Below are positions 8,201-15,066 of a stretch of 15,813 nt of DNA, piece by piece. Under the pieces are notes generated by a model. The model was given only the letters and a program-made list of their open reading frames with translations, had not been told where the DNA came from and ran no database searches. The position numbers were made by a program, and so were the translations under genes. Origin of the DNA: an uncultured archaeon (GTDB taxonomy: Archaea > Asgardarchaeota > Lokiarchaeia > Sigyniarchaeales > Promethearchaeaceae); the NCBI GenBank assembly GCA_964426185.1, contig CAYRPF010000010.1, positions 1-15,813 on the forward strand, read 5' to 3'. The stretch's first letter is position 1, and each line of letters starts with the position of its first letter.

Positions 8201-8914
8201 TCACTTCCTCCTGTAATAATCCTCATTTACGGCTATAACGAAAGGAAGTTGCCGGAAATCATCGCCAGAATCAATTCCATAACCTGCAACCCAAACATCG
8301 GGGATGGTAAATCCAATATAGTCAATATTAAGATTCGTTCGAATCTCTTTTACTTCTTGAGTTGGTTGCTCTAATCGTTTATAGAGTAAAGTACAGATTT
8401 TTACTGATGCAGCTTTTTTTTCTTCAATTAAGAATTTTTGCAATTCCGATAAAGTAAAGCCTTGATCAATAATATCTTCTACAATAATCACATGTTCTCC
8501 TTCAATATCGCCACAATCAAGTTGAATATCCACTTCTCGAATTGTTTCCCCTACTTTTTTGATTTCCTTACGGTAAGTTGAAAGTTTCATTGTAAAATAT
8601 TGGATATCAGGTCCATTTTGACGGAATATTTCTCTTCCAAGGTCTGCAGCAAACATGAATGCTCCTGTTAAAACCATTAAAAGATTGAACTTAGGGTTTT
8701 CAATATTATCTTTAATTATTTCGGCTGCTAATTCTTGAATTCTATGTTTTATAACATCTGGAGGGATAAGTAATCTTGAAAATCGTTCATCCTTACTTAA
8801 TTGACTTGATAATATTTGTTCATACGTTTCTGGTCTGCGATGATCGATGACACCTTGTAAAGGTACTTCAATTATATTTCCGTAATCAGTTAAATTTAGA
8901 AATTTTGGATTCAT
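8201..8914 (-). CDS. hpt: Hypoxanthine(-guanine) phosphoribosyltransferase
   Basis: PRPP-binding loop VIIVEDIIDQGFTL, VLTGAFMFAADL, DYIGFTIPDVWVAGYGID...FRQLP; lies between mtnP and ade. Confidence 0.9.
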   Translation of the reverse strand: MNPKFLNLTDYGNIIEVPLQGVIDHRRPETYEQILSSQLSKDERFSRLLIPPDVIKHRIQELAAEIIKDNIENPKFNLLMVLTGAFMFAADLGREIFRQNGPDIQYFTMKLSTYRKEIKKVGETIREVDIQLDCGDIEGEHVIIVEDIIDQGFTLSELQKFLIEEKKAASVKICTLLYKRLEQPTQEVKEIRTNLNIDYIGFTIPDVWVAGYGIDSGDDFRQLPFVIAVNEDYYRRK

Positions 8915-8946
8915 TTTAATCTCACATAATTTTTGGATTTAAATAT

Positions 8947-9810
8947 TTATAGAACAGCCCCATCACGAGCATGTGGACAATGACAATGTTGATCAGAAGG
9001 TATTCTGGGAAGTGCTAATTCTATCAATTTACGAAGATTTTCTGCATTTTTCTCCATGGTTTCCAAGATTTCATCTACACTTACTGCCAAAGGTGCTATT
9101 GGACCTCGGCATTTTGGACATTTTTCTCCATACATAACAATACCACAGTTTGGACATTCACAAGCCCAGACATCAAGGTCTGTAACCGTAGCAATGGAAG
9201 AATAACACATATTCAATTCTGCAGCAAGTACGACCTCAGGATAGACAGTCATTCCTACTACGTCTCCACCCCATTGAGCAAACATTCTTGATTCTGCGCG
9301 GGTCGAAAAGCGAGGACCATTAATACATACATAAGTTCCGCCATTTTGCATATTAAGACCTAATTCTTTTCCTGCTTGATAAAAAATTTCATTCATTTCA
9401 GGACAGAATGGATCGGCTTGGCTGATATGACACACTTCGCCACCTTGATAAAAGGTTTCTTCTCGACCTTTAGTTCGATCAATATATTGATCAATAACTA
9501 TAAAGACGCTTTTATCGGTTTTTGGAGTCAAACCCCCAACTGCACAAGGAGAAAATAATCTTTTAACACCCAACTCCTTCATTGCCCAAATATTGGCGCG
9601 ATAGTTTAATTTATGTGGTGGAATTTGATGATTTGGTCCATGACGGGATAAAAAAGCCACCTTCTTTCCATTAAACATTCCAATTGTAATTAAATCTGAC
9701 GGAGCACCGTATGGGGTATATAATTTATATCTTTTTGCATTTTCTAACGATATATCTGCCCCAGTTCCTCCGATAATTCCTATTTCAATATCATGTTCTG
9801 TATAACTCAT
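8947..9810 (-). CDS. mtnP: S-methyl-5'-thioadenosine phosphorylase with Zn-ribbon insertion
   Basis: IGIIGGTG, TPYGAPSD, SRHG..H.IPPH..NYRANIWAMK, GPRFSTRAES, DVVGMT..PE..LA.E, TDLD catalytic motif and C-terminal CHC. Confidence 0.93.
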   Translation of the reverse strand: MSYTEHDIEIGIIGGTGADISLENAKRYKLYTPYGAPSDLITIGMFNGKKVAFLSRHGPNHQIPPHKLNYRANIWAMKELGVKRLFSPCAVGGLTPKTDKSVFIVIDQYIDRTKGREETFYQGGEVCHISQADPFCPEMNEIFYQAGKELGLNMQNGGTYVCINGPRFSTRAESRMFAQWGGDVVGMTVYPEVVLAAELNMCYSSIATVTDLDVWACECPNCGIVMYGEKCPKCRGPIAPLAVSVDEILETMEKNAENLRKLIELALPRIPSDQHCHCPHARDGAVL

Positions 9811-9869
9811 ATTTTTCTACCAACTTACAAAATAATCTTAATTTCAAGAAATAATTAGTCGTGAATCGT

Positions 9870-9949
9870 AATGAAGGAATCCATAAAATTCTTCATTTTA
9901 TTTATAAAGAGAAAAATCCATAAAACATGACGTATTTAATCTAATGGAT
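9870..9949. promoter_or_regulatory. Divergent mtnP / beta-CASP promoter region with palindromic TATA (TTTATAAA 9901-9908) flanked by 11-bp direct repeats
   Basis: AATCCATAAAA occurs at 9878-9888 and 9915-9925. There is also an imperfect inverted repeat AATGAAG...CTTCATT at 9870-9897. Confidence 0.4.
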
Positions 9950-9956
9950 AATTAAA

Positions 9957-11249
9957 ATGGTAAAATTACGCTTTCTTGGAGCATGTAGGGAAGTAGGTCG
10001 AAGTGGTATTTTGATAGAATCCGAAGAAACGGGAGATAAAATACTACTAGATTATGGAATTAAATCAGATCATACAACTTTATTTCCTGAACATGTAAGT
10101 GGTCGAGATTTAAGTGGGATTGTTCTCACTCACTCACATATAGATCACTGTGGAGGGATTCCTCTTTTTTACATATCAGGATCAGTTCCATTATTTTGCA
10201 CTGAATTAACCTTTCGAGTTTCAGAAATCTTATTATATGATATGTTACGAATTAGCCAACAATATCTTCCTTTTGGTAAACGTGAAATCCGGAAAATGAA
10301 TCAATATGCCAAATTCCTTCCTTACAAAACTAGGAAAAAAGTTGGGAAGAATTCTTGGATAACTCTATATAATGCAGGACACATTCCTGGTTCTGCAATA
10401 GTTTTAGTAGAAATAGATAATAAAAAAATTTTGTATACGGGTGATTTCAATCTCACTCAAACAAGATTAGTAGAATCAGCAGATATGTCAAGTTTCCCTC
10501 CAATTGACGCTTTAATTATAGAATCTACATACGGAACAACCTCTCACCCTCCTCGTGAAGAAACAGAAAATGAATTCGTGAAAACAGTTGAAAGTATTGT
10601 GGAAGACGGAGGAATTATTCTAATTCCAGCATTTGGAGTGGCGCGAAGTCAAGAAATTCTTATGATATTAAACAAAGATCGTGCACCTTCTTATCCAATA
10701 ACTATTGATGGGATGGCAAGATCAATTATCGAACAATATTCCCGATTTCCAACAATGTTTCGTAATTTTGAGGAAATGATTAGTGCATTCGATAATGCCC
10801 GGATTGTGAATCAAAATCGGAGAAAAGTTGAACGTGCAAATGCCGCAAATAATTCTGGAGTCATTGTTGCACCTTCTGGAATGTTAAAAGGCGGTACTGC
10901 GCGATATTATGCCTCAAATATTTACAATGATCCAAAAAATGCAATAATTCTCGTTTCATACCAAGTAGAAAATACTCCTGGCCGAATTCTTTTAGATACC
11001 AAAAAGTATCAATTAGATGAGAACGATATACCTCATGAAATCGCTGCTCAAACATATCATTTTGATTTCAGTTCTCATTCTGGGAAAGATGAATTATTAG
11101 AATTTATCAAAGGCATAAAATTTACGCAAGAAAGAGAAGTATTTTGTGTGCATGGAGATGAAGAAACAATGATTGAATTTGCCAAAGATATTGAAAAACA
11201 AGGGTATAATGTATATATTCCTTATTTAGATCAAAAATATGAATTGTAA
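9957..11249 (+). CDS. Metallo-beta-lactamase/beta-CASP ribonuclease (aCPSF2-like, no N-terminal KH domains)
   Basis: FLGA..EVGRS, LLDYG, THSHIDHCG (HxHxDH), AGHIPGS, YTGDF, ESTYG, PSGML.GG, FSSH, VHG. At 430 aa it lacks the KH extension of aCPSF1/FttA. Confidence 0.9.
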   Translation: MVKLRFLGACREVGRSGILIESEETGDKILLDYGIKSDHTTLFPEHVSGRDLSGIVLTHSHIDHCGGIPLFYISGSVPLFCTELTFRVSEILLYDMLRISQQYLPFGKREIRKMNQYAKFLPYKTRKKVGKNSWITLYNAGHIPGSAIVLVEIDNKKILYTGDFNLTQTRLVESADMSSFPPIDALIIESTYGTTSHPPREETENEFVKTVESIVEDGGIILIPAFGVARSQEILMILNKDRAPSYPITIDGMARSIIEQYSRFPTMFRNFEEMISAFDNARIVNQNRRKVERANAANNSGVIVAPSGMLKGGTARYYASNIYNDPKNAIILVSYQVENTPGRILLDTKKYQLDENDIPHEIAAQTYHFDFSSHSGKDELLEFIKGIKFTQEREVFCVHGDEETMIEFAKDIEKQGYNVYIPYLDQKYEL

Positions 11250-11260
11250 ACTCAAAGAAA

Positions 11261-11283
11261 TTGGTTTTTTCGTTTTTAATTTT
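11261..11283 (+). terminator. Putative oligo-T terminator after the beta-CASP gene
   Basis: TTGGTTTTTTCGTTTTTAATTTT lies 12 nt after the stop codon, in a convergent intergenic gap. Confidence 0.45.
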
Positions 11284-11286
11284 ATA

Positions 11287-11964
11287 TTAAATTTTGTTAA
11301 ATGCATCATAAATCTCAGAAAGCGAAGGTCGATGGTATATTTCTGAACATTTTTGCTGATTTAGTGCAATATTAAAGAAATTTACTAATATATGGGCAGA
11401 AGCACCCCAGATCTTATACTCTTTTTTTGTTTTTTTATCATGATATATAATACTTAAAAGGTGAAATTCTTTACTGTTAGATTTAAAAAGAATTTCATCA
11501 AATTTTGGGAGGTCGAGGAAAAATTGAAAAGGGATTTGAACGATTTCATCCACTTCTTCGCTGTTTACAAAAAAATCACGTGATGTTAATTGATTTTTTA
11601 TATATCCTATAAAAGGACGAATGATATATCCAGTTAGAGTTGGTAAATCATCTAATGTGCCCCAAATTTCAATATTTGCAGGATCTAATCCAATTTCTTC
11701 TGATGTTTCTCTGATTGCTGTCTGTAATAAATCTTCATCCTGAGAAGAATCAAATTTTCCTCCGGGAAAGCTCATTTCTCCATTATGGTGTTTTAATGTC
11801 TTTGATCTTTGAGTCATTAATAGAAAGAGGGTTTCTTTTTTTTTGCAAATCAAAATCATTACTGCTGCAGGGGTGAGAGAAGGAATCGAGAGACGTTGTG
11901 GATGATAATGTTGGATTTTATTTTTCATTTGTTGAATTAAATCATTCCAAATATTACTCATCAA
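11287..11964 (-). CDS. Nudix hydrolase, CoA pyrophosphatase family (NudL/PCD1/NUDT7-like)
   Basis: AAVMILI, LLMTQRSKTLKHHNGEMSFPGGK (CoA-Nudix motif), Nudix box TAIRETSEEIGL, EEVDEI, IWGASA. Start is probably ATG 11961. Confidence 0.9.
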   Translation of the reverse strand: MMSNIWNDLIQQMKNKIQHYHPQRLSIPSLTPAAVMILICKKKETLFLLMTQRSKTLKHHNGEMSFPGGKFDSSQDEDLLQTAIRETSEEIGLDPANIEIWGTLDDLPTLTGYIIRPFIGYIKNQLTSRDFFVNSEEVDEIVQIPFQFFLDLPKFDEILFKSNSKEFHLLSIIYHDKKTKKEYKIWGASAHILVNFFNIALNQQKCSEIYHRPSLSEIYDAFNKI

Positions 11965-11992
11965 TTATAATAAGAGGATTTACTTTATTATC

Positions 11993-12331
11993 ATGTGGAA
12001 AACTATGCCTAAAGTTAATCCTAAACATCGAAAACTCCGAGCGGAAACGATAAATATGGGAGTAAAAAAGAGCACTGGAACATGCGGAATCGAGAAATGC
12101 AGTCAACCAGTAAAACAACACGTAGCAAAAGCTAACATTGATAAATACGCAACACAATTGAAGTGGAGTATTAAAGAAAGCAGTAAGAAACCCCGAAAAA
12201 TTGGATTATGTAAAGAACATTATAAGCAATTTCATAAGTTACAAAAGAAGGATGAAAAATACACCCGTCCCAGAATGTTTGATTCGGAAAAGAAGCCTTC
12301 CCGTTATAAATCCAATGTATTCTTGGAATAA
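11993..12331 (+). CDS. Small basic putative Zn-finger protein (C-x4-C...C-x2-H)
   Basis: Lys-rich ORF with CGIEKC and LCKEHYKQF. The likely true start is ATG 12056 (MGVKKSTGTC). A T-tract follows at 12334-12355. Confidence 0.75.
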   Translation: MWKTMPKVNPKHRKLRAETINMGVKKSTGTCGIEKCSQPVKQHVAKANIDKYATQLKWSIKESSKKPRKIGLCKEHYKQFHKLQKKDEKYTRPRMFDSEKKPSRYKSNVFLE

Positions 12332-12333
12332 AA

Positions 12334-12355
12334 TTATTTATTTTTTTTATTTATT
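12334..12355 (+). terminator. Putative oligo-T terminator after the Zn-finger gene
   Basis: TTATTTATTTTTTTTATTTATT directly after the stop codon. Confidence 0.45.
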
Positions 12356-12358
12356 GAC

Positions 12359-12496
12359 CTAGGGACCAATTAAACCATTTGTGGCCATTTCCTCAAAATA
12401 TTTCGAGATTAGCGAAATTTGGCCATTTCTTAACCCAATAGCAAGAAATGTGGTTACTATCAACAATGCAATAATACTCATTACAATTTTTCGCAT
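12359..12496 (-). CDS. Small single-pass membrane protein (45 aa; 48 aa from ATG 12505), absent from the ORF track
   Basis: Manual translation gives MRKIVMSIIALLIVTTFLAIGLRNGQISLISKYFEEMATNGLIGP-TAG: basic N-terminus and one hydrophobic helix. It fills an otherwise empty 235-bp gap. Confidence 0.6.
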   Translation of the reverse strand: MRKIVMSIIALLIVTTFLAIGLRNGQISLISKYFEEMATNGLIGP

Positions 12497-12566
12497 AACA
12501 ATCATTGCTGTGTGAGATACTTTTTATTTTTTATTTAGCGATTATTGAAAAATTAGAAAAAAGTAT

Positions 12567-13475
12567 TTAAATCCATTTCGATTTTCGAGGTTGGGAGTAA
12601 TTTTGTAAGATTTTTATTCTTTCTTCTTTTTTTTCTAAGTCCTTTTCTATTCCTGCTTTCTGTTCGTTATATTCAGATTCATCAATTTCTCGCGCTTTAA
12701 AACGCGCTTGTATCATTCCTAATTTATTTTTTAGGCGTTTAGATTCTGCTTTTTCTTTTGAAATCCAAATTATGACATTATCTCGCAACTGTTGAAGTTC
12801 ATCTTCATATTTTCGATATTCTGAAGAATATTCTAATTTCAACTGCTCATAAATCTCTTTCTTCACTTTTCTTCTCTTATATTGGCGTTTTAACTCAATC
12901 AACTGTTCTCGTTGGATTTCCATCAAATCTTCCAATTCATCCATGCGAAATTGACCTTTGGGGCCTAACTTACGTCTAATTTCTTCTTCTTTTGCCATAA
13001 GTTCTTCTTTTACTGATTTGAATGCTTCTAATTTAGCACTTATCTTATTTGCATATTCAATATCATGCTCGAAACGATCAGAGTCTACTTCATCCTTTAA
13101 TTTATCAAGCTTACTCATTAATTTCTTCTTTTTCTTTTCAATGACAGCTAAATCCATTTTTGCTTCTAATTGCTCTACTATATTTTTAGGCAATTCAACT
13201 TGAGCTTGAAAAATTGCTTTGTTTTTCCCTTTTTTTTCTGTTTGTTTTTCTATATTTTTGGAATCTTTATCTGGTTTTATCTGAAATTCAGGAAGTTCTT
13301 CAGATGTAGATTTCGCAGTTGTGACACTTAATTCTTTATTAATCTCATTTCGTTCTTCAGCAGTATACTTGGATTCTGTTTTTTGTAGTTTGGATCCGCA
13401 AAAAATGCAGAATTTATCCGAATCTCTTACCATTCGTCCGCAGAATGGGCAAGGAATTTCTTTAAAGTTTGCCAT
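12567..13475 (-). CDS. N-terminal zinc-ribbon plus CdvA-like coiled-coil protein
   Basis: CPFCG...KFCIFCG Zn-ribbon, a low-complexity linker and long K/E heptad helices. Two helix-turn units (YKRRKVKKEIYEQLK; ARFKAREIDESEYNEQK) resemble the CdvA-like/SHOCT 'GEISEEEY' pattern. Confidence 0.7.
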   Translation of the reverse strand: MANFKEIPCPFCGRMVRDSDKFCIFCGSKLQKTESKYTAEERNEINKELSVTTAKSTSEELPEFQIKPDKDSKNIEKQTEKKGKNKAIFQAQVELPKNIVEQLEAKMDLAVIEKKKKKLMSKLDKLKDEVDSDRFEHDIEYANKISAKLEAFKSVKEELMAKEEEIRRKLGPKGQFRMDELEDLMEIQREQLIELKRQYKRRKVKKEIYEQLKLEYSSEYRKYEDELQQLRDNVIIWISKEKAESKRLKNKLGMIQARFKAREIDESEYNEQKAGIEKDLEKKEERIKILQNYSQPRKSKWI

Positions 13476-13590
13476 AATTCATTCAACCTATTTCCAATAA
13501 ATTATTTATTATCTATGAGAACTAATATGTGGTTGCATATTTAATATTTTTAGGAACCGAACTTTTGATATTATTACGAGATCGAGAAAT

Positions 13591-15066
13591 ATGGAAAAAA
13601 AAACTCGCCATTTAATTCCAGTTCACATAGGATTAATGGGGCATATAGATGCAGGTAAAACAGCTATCGCTCGTTGCTTTACTGAAATTATTTCCACAGC
13701 AGGGCTCGATAAACATTCACAATCTCAAGAACGGGGAATAACTATTGATTTAGGCTTCACTTTTTTCCAGCTAGATCAATATATGATTACCCTAGTTGAT
13801 GCTCCTGGGCATGCAGACTTAATTCGAAGTGTTGTAAGTGCTGCAAGAATCATAGATATGGCCATTTTGGTAATAGATGCAACGAAAGGGCCTCAAGTGC
13901 AAACGGGGGAACATTTATTAATTCTGGATATGCTTGAAATTCCGTATGTAATAGTATTATTAAATAAAATCGATTTAATATCTGAAATTCAAATCTCTAT
14001 ACTGGAAGAGAAAATTCATGAAATATTCAAGCAAACTCGTTATCACGGAAAAATTTCAATATATCCCGTTTCAGCAAGGAAATGTGAGGGATTTAAGCTT
14101 GTAAAACAAAATATTCTGAATTATTTGAATAAAAATCCTGTTTCACGCAATATTTCAGGTAATTTTAAGTTCTTATTTGATCACCATTTCTTGATTAAAG
14201 GAAAGGGAACTATTCTAACAGGAACAGTTTTGTCAGGAACTCGGAATATAGGAGAATCAATAACTATTTTGCCTTTAAACCAGCAGTTTAAAATAAAATC
14301 TATCCAAAAATGGAAAACATCTACTGAATCTATACAAGCCGGAGATCGTTGTGGTATTGCTGTCAAAGGATTGAATCCAGATTCAATCCATCGTGGTGAT
14401 TTTGCAGTAGATACGCTTAAACCTTTTGTTAAATGCCAAATTCTTCATGTAAATCTCAAAATTAGTAAGTTTTTTGACCATTCTTGCAAGTTTGGACAAA
14501 ATCTTACAGTAATTCATAATATGAAACCCTATAATTCAAAGATCTATCCCGTCTTGCAAAACCAAATGGATGATAAACTGATTTTGGAAATGTTACCAGA
14601 TTCAAAAGAAAAAAAGGAAGTTCTTGCTTTTATTTGGTTAGAAGAAGAGGGATTTTTCCAAAAAGGTGATGATTTGTTAATAATGCGCATGGATCTTCCT
14701 CCAAAACAGTTAAGAATCGTTGGTATTGCTAATATACTTTCCTTTGAAAAACCACCTATAACAATTTATCGAAAAAAAGTCAAAATTGGAAAGGTCATTC
14801 GTCCCAATTACTCAATTAATTCTGTCATTGTAAAAAACCTAGCACAATCTATTAAAGGTGCTCAATTTATAATGAAATATAATCCAGATCCGCCTTTTAC
14901 ACAAATTATCGCTCCATTTGGTAGCAAAGGATTAGTCGAAGTAAAATATAATAAGCAAACTTTACAAAAAATTACACAAAAAAGTGAAATCACAGAAGGG
15001 TTTCCTATATCCGTGAAGATCCTAAAGCAATTTACCTTAGATTTTTCAAAATCTTATCATCTTTAG
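13591..15066 (+). CDS. selB: Selenocysteine-specific elongation factor, archaeal/eukaryal type (aSelB/eEFSec)
   Basis: GHIDAGKT, STAGLDKHSQSQERGITIDLGF, DAPGHADL, QTGEH, NKID, DHHF.IKGKGTILTGT, GDRCG, RMDLPPKQLRI and a short domain IV with APFGSKG. No bacterial winged-helix extension. Confidence 0.93.
   Translation: MEKKTRHLIPVHIGLMGHIDAGKTAIARCFTEIISTAGLDKHSQSQERGITIDLGFTFFQLDQYMITLVDAPGHADLIRSVVSAARIIDMAILVIDATKGPQVQTGEHLLILDMLEIPYVIVLLNKIDLISEIQISILEEKIHEIFKQTRYHGKISIYPVSARKCEGFKLVKQNILNYLNKNPVSRNISGNFKFLFDHHFLIKGKGTILTGTVLSGTRNIGESITILPLNQQFKIKSIQKWKTSTESIQAGDRCGIAVKGLNPDSIHRGDFAVDTLKPFVKCQILHVNLKISKFFDHSCKFGQNLTVIHNMKPYNSKIYPVLQNQMDDKLILEMLPDSKEKKEVLAFIWLEEEGFFQKGDDLLIMRMDLPPKQLRIVGIANILSFEKPPITIYRKKVKIGKVIRPNYSINSVIVKNLAQSIKGAQFIMKYNPDPPFTQIIAPFGSKGLVEVKYNKQTLQKITQKSEITEGFPISVKILKQFTLDFSKSYHL

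Noticed and set aside
9376-9558. 60-aa + strand ORF
   Set aside because: Antisense inside mtnP.
10861-11055. 64-aa minus-strand ORF
   Set aside because: Antisense inside the beta-CASP gene.
9957-11249. Calling the nuclease aCPSF1/FttA or RNase J
   Set aside because: It lacks the N-terminal KH domains of aCPSF1, and its motifs (ESTYG, PSGML.GG) are CPSF-type rather than RNase J-type.
11954-12157. 67-aa minus-strand ORF
   Set aside because: Overlaps the better-supported + strand Zn-finger gene. Its hydrophobicity simply mirrors Lys codons on the other strand.
12958-13203. 81-aa + strand ORF
   Set aside because: Ser/Phe-rich antisense mirror of the K/E coiled-coil gene.
14181-14366. 61-aa minus-strand ORF
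   Set aside because: Antisense inside selB.
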